Source: an uncultured Methanosarcinaceae archaeon (GTDB taxonomy: Archaea; Halobacteriota; Methanosarcinia; Methanosarcinales; Methanosarcinaceae). From it: 64,000 nt of DNA. The stretch is taken from assembly GCA_963733675.1 (NCBI GenBank), contig CAVTET010000001.1:160001-224000 (forward strand). Direction: 5' to 3'. The notes below the pieces were generated by a model. It saw only the letters and a program-made list of their open reading frames with translations. It made no database searches and had not been told where the DNA came from. The translations under genes were made by a program, and so were the position numbers. Below are positions 54,603 to 64,000 of the stretch, piece by piece; within the stretch, counting starts at the first letter, position 1, and each line of letters starts with the position of its first letter.

Positions 54603-54763
54603 AAAAATTCCTTATCCTTTGCCAGTCTGCGGTACCTACCATAAGGGTCTTGAGGAGAAAAGCGAGCCGGAACTACGGATGAGGTTTCTTCCTCACAAAA
54701 CGAACATTTTTCCCTTAAAGTGTATCTTCCGCATTTTTTGCACTTGCGGATTTTTTGTCCCAA
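54575..54763 (-). CDS. nop10: H/ACA RNP protein Nop10
   Basis: IRKCKKCGRYTL...C..C...PARFSPQDPYGRYRR. Confidence 0.93.
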   Translation of the reverse strand: MGQKIRKCKKCGRYTLREKCSFCEEETSSVVPARFSPQDPYGRYRRLAKDKEFLCRKVHLSA

Positions 54764-54769
54764 AGAGCA

Positions 54770-55585
54770 TCACGCCTTTGTTGATTCGATGTGCCGCTTG
54801 AAAGTCCCATGTCCACCAAGTTTGGATATCGTATCGACTGCAGTTTGACCAGATTTTTTCAGGACTGATTCGGCTTTCTTATAATCCGGAGCTATTACCT
54901 TAATTCTATATCTAGGAGCCCCTGTATAACTCACTTCTAGCCTTACGTCTTTTCCATCCACCTCACTTATAGAATTTGCAGCAATTAGAGCTTTTTTTAT
55001 AACCTCTATACCATTTGAAAGGTTGCAGGTCAAGTCCACATAACCTGCAATATCTACAAATGGGAGTTTAATATTTTCCCCTGCTATCTTGATTATACTC
55101 TTCAGGTGTTTCTTATTTATTTTGACTCCTTTGAAGGCTTTCTCTCCTTCTATAGCAGCTTCTTCAAAGGCTGAATATGCACTTCCGAACTCTTCTACGA
55201 GTTTTTCATTCATTTCTTTTAGGTTGTTTTCATCGGCCTTTGTCTCTTCAGCTACGAACTGTAACCATTTGGTGGCTTTTTGTTCATTTTTCCATTCCTG
55301 AATTTTAGCACGCCTTTGATGCTCGTTTACGTCTTTTAATGACAAATCGATGTGGCCGCGGGAAGGGTCCACGTTCAGAACCTTGCAGACGATTTTCTGT
55401 CCTTCCCTCACGTAGTCCCTTACATACTTGACCCAGCCTGCTTTAATTTCGGAGATGTGGATAAATCCTTCTCTTCCTTCGAATTCCTCAAGCTCGACAT
55501 AAGCTCCAAAATCCGTCACATTCTTTACAGTACATACAACAAACTCTCCGACTTCTGGCCAGTTCTCGCTTCCCATTCGCACCAC
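54770..55585 (-). CDS. eif2a: Translation initiation factor 2 alpha subunit
   Basis: S1 domain (PEVGEFV, GAYVEL, EGFIHISE, GHIDLSLK), GAPRYRI; start may be 55576. Confidence 0.96.
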   Translation of the reverse strand: MVRMGSENWPEVGEFVVCTVKNVTDFGAYVELEEFEGREGFIHISEIKAGWVKYVRDYVREGQKIVCKVLNVDPSRGHIDLSLKDVNEHQRRAKIQEWKNEQKATKWLQFVAEETKADENNLKEMNEKLVEEFGSAYSAFEEAAIEGEKAFKGVKINKKHLKSIIKIAGENIKLPFVDIAGYVDLTCNLSNGIEVIKKALIAANSISEVDGKDVRLEVSYTGAPRYRIKVIAPDYKKAESVLKKSGQTAVDTISKLGGHGTFKRHIESTKA

Positions 55586-55648
55586 TTCTCAAGTTTTGTC
55601 TTTTATTACTCTCTACTTTACTTCTGTAAAATGCTTTTACTTATCCCT

Positions 55649-56152
<504 letters not shown>

Positions 56153-56549
56153 TTATGTAGCACATCTTTCCAGCTTTTGCAGAAAAGTGATGTCATATGT
56201 AATTATAGAATATAGTGATAAACATGGTATTTCATTTCCAGAAAGCTTTTTTCTGGGAAGTTTTTGATTCGATAAACTTGAAATTTTTCACAATATTTTG
56301 TGTCCTTAACATCACGATTGTCAGTCTTATATCGAAGACAATGTCAGAGCATGCTAACAAGGTTAAGCTACACAGATATAGCTACACATATATATAGTAA
56401 TGCTATTTCCTAAATATACTAATGATATTTTAGAAGTTCCCCCGCCTACCATGCCTGAATTAACATTATGGAACTTCTGAACTATCTACTTTCTTTCTCT
56501 TAAAATTAGAATGACTGCAAGCTTTTGGTTATTAATTTTTTCCTAAATT

Positions 56550-57239
56550 TTACTGATCAGTAATCAGTTTGGCTGCATTTCGTTTAATAAGCCCTGTTGC
56601 ATTGAGCTGCGGCAAAACAACAACATCTTCAGCACTGACAATATAATTTCTTCCATCTGCACCTGTGAAAGTAGGCAAATCCCTCAGTATTCTGACAACA
56701 ACATATTCCCCCTTTATACTTTTTTTGCTAGGCTCTGCTCCTGTTTCTGTCCCAGCTCCATTTATGGATATCCCGCTTCTGACATCAGTTTCTCCCCGGA
56801 TGCTGGCAGAAACCTGACTTTCTGATATACTTTTTGGCCAGATTGCAATCTTTTCTGAACCAGGGTACAGAATCGGACCTAGAAGTTCCATTTTTACAGC
56901 ATCAATTCCCTGAAGCACCAGGTCATAAAGCCTTTTTTCCGCGGGAAGCAATTTTTCAATATCCTTTGAAATAGGTTTATTTGCATGAGACTGGTTAGTT
57001 GCCCTTGTAATAACTTTTCCTATTCGTTTCATGAAGATAGTTTCAAGGTCTGAAAGCGCTTGTTCATGCTCATCATGAAGCATCTTAGACTCCGGAGAAC
57101 GGGAATTTCCAATTTTACAAATATCTTTTTCAAGTTCCCTGATATATTTCTCGGCTTCCAAGTAAAAATCAGCCGGAATAGTCTTCAATATTTGATTTTT
57201 TTCCTTATATAGGATCTGGCTGATTTCTTCGATATCCAT
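56550..57239 (-). CDS. GINS complex subunit (Gins51-like)
   Basis: Helical A domain (DFY..AEKYIREL, RIGKV, LLPAEKRLY) and C-terminal B domain VVRILRDLPTFTGADGRNY...DVVVLP..NA; adjacent to priS. Confidence 0.8.
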   Translation of the reverse strand: MDIEEISQILYKEKNQILKTIPADFYLEAEKYIRELEKDICKIGNSRSPESKMLHDEHEQALSDLETIFMKRIGKVITRATNQSHANKPISKDIEKLLPAEKRLYDLVLQGIDAVKMELLGPILYPGSEKIAIWPKSISESQVSASIRGETDVRSGISINGAGTETGAEPSKKSIKGEYVVVRILRDLPTFTGADGRNYIVSAEDVVVLPQLNATGLIKRNAAKLITDQ

Positions 57240-58449
57240 ACTCTGCAACACCTCTGCAAATCAAATATATTGCTGCGTACTCCGGAACTTCCTGAGTGCC
57301 CTCTATTACCCTTAAATCCTTGCCTTTTAACTGTATCGAAAAAGGCTTTGAGACGGATATTTTTACCGGCCTCTCTCCAAAGACAATAGCATCATTAAGC
57401 GGATCAAACTTCTCTAGTTCAGATAAAGCAAGTTTCTTAACCAACATCCCAGATCCACCATGTAGAGAACCCGGCACCCTGATCAAACGCTTAATGTCTG
57501 CAGTAACAGGTTCGTCAATAGCTACTCCAAATCTTTTCAGAAAATCCTCAATTGAATCTTTCATAAAATTGGCAGCAATACCCTTAAAGTTTCTGACATC
57601 AAAGTCCAGCCTTCCTTTCTCTAGTATATCCTTTAAACCATTTTCGCTATTTGTAACATTGATCAATTTTTTTATTGTAGTATCTCCAATCTTCTCGCAT
57701 CTACGAAGCTCAGGAAACATATCTTTTTTGTATCTTTTTTTACATTCAGCTTTCATATAATCCGTAAGGTAGAGGGCGATTCTCTTTCCCCATCCAGAAT
57801 CATATCCCACAAGAGTAGACTTAATTGGAACTTTCTTTATCCCTTTGAAAGTCTTGGACCCGATCCCAAATTCCCCAGCCATTGCAACATCTCTAAATAA
57901 GTATTTGAAATCTAGATCTTTGCCGCTTACATAATTCACAATTTCTCTTCTTTCGGCACTCCCAAGAGTCAGGACTTGCGGGCTTATAACATGGACATGG
58001 TATCCTCTCCCTCCAGAAAATACCAGCTCGGTCTCCTGTTCAGAAAATCCAAAATCTTCTAAAATAAAGTCCATAAGCTTAAAAGTTTCCTTTTTCACAA
58101 GCTCCATCATGTCCAAATAATTTTTAGGGGCATTTGGCAAGTGGTCTGCATCAAGGTCAAAAATCAGCTCTGCTCCGAGCCAGTTCTTTTCGTTCATTTT
58201 TCTGGCATCAGGGTATTCATAGTAAGCAGTTGAATTGTAAACATGTGCAGGAGTCATACCATATAGATAACCAAGAACATCACCAGGCGAGCTGAAGGAC
58301 TTGTGCCTATACATCATCTTTTCAGAAATGTTATCATAGAAGATAAAAGCCCATTCTCTGTTAGGCAGATGGTCAGGTAGACCTATTTCGGCATTTTTGT
58401 AATAATTATGAAAGCGGGATTTTACAAAATTAGTGGTTCTGTTGTCCAT
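57205..58449 (-). CDS. priS: DNA primase catalytic (small) subunit
   Basis: REWAF, ELIFDLDAD, FSGGRGYHVH, IDEPVTADIKRLIRVPGSLH. Confidence 0.96.
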   Translation of the reverse strand: MDNRTTNFVKSRFHNYYKNAEIGLPDHLPNREWAFIFYDNISEKMMYRHKSFSSPGDVLGYLYGMTPAHVYNSTAYYEYPDARKMNEKNWLGAELIFDLDADHLPNAPKNYLDMMELVKKETFKLMDFILEDFGFSEQETELVFSGGRGYHVHVISPQVLTLGSAERREIVNYVSGKDLDFKYLFRDVAMAGEFGIGSKTFKGIKKVPIKSTLVGYDSGWGKRIALYLTDYMKAECKKRYKKDMFPELRRCEKIGDTTIKKLINVTNSENGLKDILEKGRLDFDVRNFKGIAANFMKDSIEDFLKRFGVAIDEPVTADIKRLIRVPGSLHGGSGMLVKKLALSELEKFDPLNDAIVFGERPVKISVSKPFSIQLKGKDLRVIEGTQEVPEYAAIYLICRGVAEYGYRRNQPDPI

Positions 58450-59271
58450 GTTTTCAAAGCTTTATTAATCATTGAATCTTCTAATTAAGGTTTTAGTTCA
58501 AGGTTTATTTATACGATAGATTAACTCATATTTTACTTTTGTTTATATGAATCTTTTTTAGTAACTATTAAGCCTGGGAAAAACAATATCAATGCCTAAC
58601 TTTACAAGATTCAATTAGCAAATTTCGGTGGGCTGGTTATATTTAACTGTAGGCTATTGATTATGTGTTTTATTTTCCATCATTTGTTAATCAGAAGTAT
58701 CTATTGCGTCAAAAAGGTATAATCAAACTTATCTTGAGTGAACTGAACAATAAAATATTTAAAATAATTCAACAATCGATTAAGATTTAGATAAATTCAT
58801 TGTATTTTACTGAGATGAATATCTATTTTTGATTCAAGATACACTGTAAAGTAAGGTTTAATCTTTGACCTAAAAATAGGAAACTCTGTAGAAGGTTATT
58901 TGGTTATCAAACTAATAAATAAAAAAATATCCTTATCAGCAATAATTAAAACGAAAATGAATTTTTTGAATGAAAGACGCTAAAAATAAAAGTACTTTTA
59001 TTTTTTATATCTGCCATTCGAAGAATTTCATGTTCGTTTTTGAAGAAACTAGAGTTCTTGATAAATCGAATGATACTCTACTGCTCCCACTTTGACGTCG
59101 ATATAGAGCACGATGGAATTAGAATATGAAGATGAAAAAAGATGATATGTAAACGTACATCTATAAGAGAATATGAGATTACAAATTTAAGATGGACATC
59201 AAGAGATTTACTTTATTTGGATCTTTTTAAAAATCAATTATGTTAATAGATGGCGACAAAAAAATATCCAT

Positions 59272-59742
59272 TCACAACAAATTTTCGGGTATATATTCTA
59301 AAATTGCATGTTCACAATAAAGACAGTTGAGAATAACTCCTTCGTCTTCTGACTGAAGTACGGAAAACTTCGATTTTATGGGCTCACTACTATTAGAAAT
59401 ACAGTTTGAATTGATGCAGCGAACAACGCCCTCAACATAGGAAGGAAGGACGACATTATTTTTCTGGACGACTTCAAAATCCCTAATGATATTGATGGTA
59501 GCTCTCGGAGAGATCAGAGCAATCCTGTTCAACTCTTCGACATTAAGTTCCTTACCCTCGACTTTCACGACATCTTTTTTGCCTCTGGCTCCTGGAGCAT
59601 TCATTACGAAACTAATAGTTGCCCGAAAAGCGCTAGAGATACCAAGTATTCGCAGGACATTTAATGCCTGTCCTGCCTTTATGTGATCGATAACTGTTCC
59701 ATTTTCAATTGCCTGAATCTTCAAATCACGTTTTTCTTTCAT
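59272..59742 (-). CDS. pyrI: Aspartate carbamoyltransferase regulatory chain
   Basis: IENGTVIDHI, KKDVVK, Zn ligands CINSNC...CLYC. Confidence 0.97.
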   Translation of the reverse strand: MKEKRDLKIQAIENGTVIDHIKAGQALNVLRILGISSAFRATISFVMNAPGARGKKDVVKVEGKELNVEELNRIALISPRATINIIRDFEVVQKNNVVLPSYVEGVVRCINSNCISNSSEPIKSKFSVLQSEDEGVILNCLYCEHAILEYIPENLL

Positions 59743-60665
59743 TCCACCACTCCCATGGCAAGAGCAAGAAGTGCCATTCTAATTGGAACACCATAGAAAG
59801 CCTGCTGGAAGTAGCATGCATGCGGAGTTGCATCTACTTCAGGGGAAATTTCATTGACTCGCGGAAGAGGGTGAAGAATCTTGAGATTAGAATCCACATT
59901 TTTAAGTAGGCTGCCTGTAACCTTCAGCCTGTGTTTTACCTTTTCATATTCTTCAGGATCAAGAAAACGCTCCCTTTGGACTCTTGTCATGTAGAGAACC
60001 TCTACATCTCCAATTATTTCATCAAGAGAATTTGTCTCTTTTACCCTTATCTTATTTTTTCGAAGATCTTTGACTATTTCAGAAGGCATACTGAGTTCTG
60101 GAGGCGAAACAAAAGTCATTTCAGCTCCATAAAGGGAAAGGGCATGGCAGAGGGAATGGACTGTTCTTCCATACTTCAAGTCACCAGCCATTGCAATTCT
60201 CAGGCCCTCAAGATGGCTTTCCCTGCGGATTGTATAGAGGTCAAGGAAGGTCTGTGTAGGGTGATGAACAGAACCATCCCCACCATTGATTACCGGAACA
60301 CTTGAAAATTCAGAAGCCATCCTTGAAGATCCATCAAGAGGGTGGCGCAATACTATAAGATCGGCATAGTTACTAATCACACGGATGGTATCGGCAAGAT
60401 TTTCACCTTTCATAACAGAACTCGCCTCTACAGAACCCAGGTTTAAAACCTGTCCTCTAAGCCTTTGAGTAGCAACTTCAAAAGACAGACGGGTCCTTGT
60501 ACTTGGTTCAAAAAAAAGAAGGGCAACGATTTTTCCATCCAACAGCTGAGATCTATTTTCACCTCTAGCCACAGGCTCAAGCTTTTCTGCAGTATCCAGA
60601 ACGTAGTCGATTTCTTTGCGCGAAAAATCCTTCATTGAGATGACGTGTCGGTTCTTAAATGACAT
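59739..60665 (-). CDS. pyrB: Aspartate carbamoyltransferase catalytic chain
   Basis: FFEPSTRTRLSF, HPTQ, GDLKYGRTVHSL, TRVQRER, HPLPR. Confidence 0.98.
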   Translation of the reverse strand: MSFKNRHVISMKDFSRKEIDYVLDTAEKLEPVARGENRSQLLDGKIVALLFFEPSTRTRLSFEVATQRLRGQVLNLGSVEASSVMKGENLADTIRVISNYADLIVLRHPLDGSSRMASEFSSVPVINGGDGSVHHPTQTFLDLYTIRRESHLEGLRIAMAGDLKYGRTVHSLCHALSLYGAEMTFVSPPELSMPSEIVKDLRKNKIRVKETNSLDEIIGDVEVLYMTRVQRERFLDPEEYEKVKHRLKVTGSLLKNVDSNLKILHPLPRVNEISPEVDATPHACYFQQAFYGVPIRMALLALAMGVVE

Positions 60666-61096
60666 CCAGATCCATAAATGATTCTCAAAGATATAATCTT
60701 TGCTCCATAAGTTTTTTAAATTAGTAAGGACGCAATTGAATCCTTCTCCGTCCCCACTTTAGGGAACAGACTTAGATCAATTATTGTCTGAACTTGAACC
60801 AGAATTTTGTATCCTTAAACTTAGTTTGAAAGTACAAATTCCCGTTGGAATGGAACATTATTTTTTCATCAAAAATGATATAACAACCTTCAAAAATGTA
60901 AGTAATAATTATATAAAATTAATCAGTTCTCAAATCTAAAAACTACAAAAGATGAGAATGAATATGGGTTTTTTACTTTAGCATTTTTGGGCTCTGTAGA
61001 AATCCTCTAAATTGAATTTCTACACTATATTTTATAGCTATTATGTTATAATATAACTCCTTATTTTTCCCCACAACAACGAAGGAACACATAATA

Positions 61097-61672
61097 TTGA
61101 AATCGAATAATTACATTAAATTTGTTGATGCCAGCTTTAAAACTATTAAGTCTTTCAGAATGAACATTTATTTCTGCAAATATTCCAAACATGTTTATAT
61201 CCAGCATCAATTTCTTGTTCTGGCTTTATTGAAGGGGTATATCAGCATAGACTACCGTGATTTTGTAGAACTTATTGACCTAATAAACAATATAAAGAAA
61301 AACTCGATCTTAATAAGACTTCCAATTTCACTACCCATCAAAAGTTTGTATCCAGGATTTCCTCTTCTCTGTTTAACCTTCTTTTGTCAAAAACTCTAAA
61401 GTTGTTTTACTCACATGGATAAATGATCTATATTACAGCAATTGATGCAACAGGCTTTACAATTCCCTATACAAATGATTATCGTTCCCGCAAAACAGGG
61501 GAGCTACGAAGGAATGTCTTGAAAACTTCAATATCATTCGACATAGCTAAAAAGGTAGCATTAGGATAGAAAATTAGTCAAAAAACATATCATGAAATCA
61601 AACATGCAAATGTTCTGATAAAACAATCAAATAGGATAAAGAAAATCTCAATGTTATGTGATGGGTAAAGGA
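61097..61672 (+). mobile_element. IS5-like DDE transposase pseudogene, truncated
   Basis: KYSKHVY..HQ...DYRDFVEL, frameshift, FTTHQKFVSR...TAIDATGF...LKTSISFD, stops; ends near CYVMGKG. Confidence 0.75.
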
Positions 61673-62286
61673 AGGGAACAGTCTGATTCTCTGGGATTCA
61701 AAATTTGAATTCGTAAGCTAAGCCAGACTTTAGAGCAGAACTATCCATGTAAATAGCCTCTATATAGAATTATTCCTGCAAATGACTTCTTTTAACTTTA
61801 AGATTTACAAAGTTGAACTGAGAATCAATAGCACTAAATCTTTGATTGTACAAAATTCAAGTTCAAACCACAACGTTTATTTAGTGTGATCTTGTACTTT
61901 AAATATGTAAGTCATAATATTATCATGTTTACTATCTAACGATCTATACCTAGTATTAGTATTACTACAGTCTTCATAGTAAAACTCATCATGTTATCAA
62001 ATGGGTAAAATGGATTTATGATCAAGTATCAAAATTTTCTCACTGATCTTCAAATTAGAGACGAAGCATGGAAAATACAAAAGAAAAGGAATAAAGAAAA
62101 AATTTTCCCACATCTTTCCATCGTTTTCGGGATTATATAATTTCAAGCAGCTTAAGCGTAAGTAATTTCAAAAATTATTTGGTTTTACTTAATAAGTTCT
62201 TTAAATTGTTCCCCTCCAATAATCTTTTAAAATCATCGTCTTTCTTTGCTTTTTCTTGATATATAAGTCAAGCTCGATGATTTTTT

Positions 62287-63741
62287 TTAAATTAATGTTT
62301 GATTTATACTCGTTGTTGACGAGAGAATATGTAGAGAAAGTCTTTTTTTATACCAAGCCATTGAATTTTGGGGATTAATTTTAATTGCTTTGTCATATGC
62401 TTTTATCGCTTCATCTGATTTATTTTGGTCAGATAGAACATTCCCTTTATTGTACCAAGAATCTGAATCATTTGGGTTAATTTCAATTGCTTTGTCAAAT
62501 GCTTTTATAGCTTCATCGGATCTATTTAATTTATAAAAAGCATTTCCTTTGCCGTTAAAAGCTTCTGAATCCTTCGGGTTAATTTCAATTGCCCTGTCAA
62601 ATGCATTTAATGCTTCATCGGATTTATTTTGGTCAGATAGAGCATTTCCTTTATTGTACCAAGCATCTGAATTATGTGGGTTAATTTCAATTGCTTTGTC
62701 ATAGGCTGTTATTGCTTCATCGAATTTATTAAGTTTAATTAAAGCATTTCCTTCACTGGCCCAGGTATTTGAATTTTGCGGGTTAATTTCAATCGTTTTG
62801 TTATATGCTTTTATTGCTTCATTGAACTTACCTAATTTCCCTAAAGCAACTCCTTTATTGTACCAAGCATCTGAATCATTTGGGTTAATTTCAATTGCTT
62901 TGTTATATGCTTTTATTGCTTCATCGAATTTGCCTAATTTCGCTAGAGTTGTTCCTTTATTTTCCCAAGCGTTTGAATCTAGCGGGTTAATTTTAATTGC
63001 TTTGTCATATGTTTTTATTGCTTCATCTAGCTGATTAAATTTTTCCAAAACAAGTCCTTTATTGTACCAAGCATTTGAATTATGTGGATTAATTTCAATT
63101 GCTTTGTCATAGGCTGTTATTGCTTCATCGGATTTATTTAATTTATATAGTGCACGCCCTTTACCTTCCCAAGCTTCTGAATAATGCGGTTTAATTTCAC
63201 TTGTTTTGTCATATGCTTTTATTGCTTCACCTGATTTATTTAGAGCATTTAGAGCATTTCCTTTATTGTACCAAGCATCTGAATCATTTGGGTTAATTTC
63301 AATGGCTTTGTCATATGCAGTTATTGCTTCATCGAATTTATTTAAATCAGAAAGAACGTTTCCTTTATAGATCCAAGCATTTGAATTAAGGGGGTTAACT
63401 TCAATTGCTGTGTCAAATGCTTTTATTGCTTCATCAGAGTTGTTTGCTTTGTAATATTCTTTTGTTTTTTCATCAGATTTATTCAAGTTAGAAAGAACTT
63501 TTCCTTTATTGTCCCAAGCTTTTGAATTCTGCTGGTTAACTTCAATTGATTCGTCATATGCTTTTATTGCTTCATCAGACTTGTTTAAATTAGATATATT
63601 GTTGCTGCAGGTGTTCGGAATATCTGCAAATGTCACCGTGCTAACGATACTCACTAGAATAAGAAGCGCCAGCAAAGTGATTCCTAAAGCCTGTACGAAG
63701 GTATGCCATCTACTTGCTTTATCGTATCTTCCTTTTTTCAT
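62287..63741 (-). CDS. Tetratricopeptide-repeat protein with N-terminal signal/anchor
   Basis: About 11-12 34-aa repeats (AW.NKG.AL..L.K.DEAI.AYDKAIEINP), 102-nt DNA periodicity, hydrophobic ALGITLLALLILVSIVS. Confidence 0.93.
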   Translation of the reverse strand: MKKGRYDKASRWHTFVQALGITLLALLILVSIVSTVTFADIPNTCSNNISNLNKSDEAIKAYDESIEVNQQNSKAWDNKGKVLSNLNKSDEKTKEYYKANNSDEAIKAFDTAIEVNPLNSNAWIYKGNVLSDLNKFDEAITAYDKAIEINPNDSDAWYNKGNALNALNKSGEAIKAYDKTSEIKPHYSEAWEGKGRALYKLNKSDEAITAYDKAIEINPHNSNAWYNKGLVLEKFNQLDEAIKTYDKAIKINPLDSNAWENKGTTLAKLGKFDEAIKAYNKAIEINPNDSDAWYNKGVALGKLGKFNEAIKAYNKTIEINPQNSNTWASEGNALIKLNKFDEAITAYDKAIEINPHNSDAWYNKGNALSDQNKSDEALNAFDRAIEINPKDSEAFNGKGNAFYKLNRSDEAIKAFDKAIEINPNDSDSWYNKGNVLSDQNKSDEAIKAYDKAIKINPQNSMAWYKKRLSLHILSSTTSINQTLI

Positions 63742-64000
63742 TTTCAGCCTCTTGAGATGTGTTAAATATTTATAATGAAAACTGACTACAAAAATGAATT
63801 TTAATACTTCAATCTGCAAAGAAGACTTTGTGCTGAGAAATTATATTTTTTTGATTTATCAGACTCATTGTTACATTGCCCTTAGTTGTCAAATTTATAT
63901 AAATTTTAATAATATCTTCAGAATAACAACGTTTTAACTTGTAAAACAGCCATTATTGGGAAGAAAATTAAACCGAATTTCGATACAAGCCCACAAAATA

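Noticed and set aside
62350-63600. 102-nt periodic repeats as a DNA repeat array
   Set aside because: Explained by TPR coding repeats

Overview
Archaeal chromosomal window, most likely Methanosarcina or a close Methanosarcinaceae relative (inferred from protein families and gene order, no database search). Intact core genes are secY (3' part), adk, cooS-cooF, ABCE1, hel308, hisD, mutS-mutL, EndoQ family, PAC2-nop10-aIF2alpha-rps27e-rpl44e-GINS-priS, pyrBI and tRNA-Arg/Cys/Val/Ser. They alternate with AT-rich tracts full of pseudogenes, IS remnants and MITE-like repeats. The most striking block (about 19.1-27.2 kb) is an IS6-bordered sulfur-incorporation island. On the + strand it has paired palindromes, a degenerate tRNA-Cys copy, then an intact tRNA-Cys 13 nt upstream of an N-terminally extended, frameshifted SepCysS and an O-acetylhomoserine sulfhydrylase. 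Converging on the - strand is an ABC-ATPase / G3E-like GTPase / Fe-S protein / COG1900 (marker-16, ComF-like) operon that is partly decaying. Also notable: a family-A DNA polymerase relic joined in frame to a KaiC relic, and a secreted His/Gly-rich repeat protein. All calls come from reading motifs by eye.
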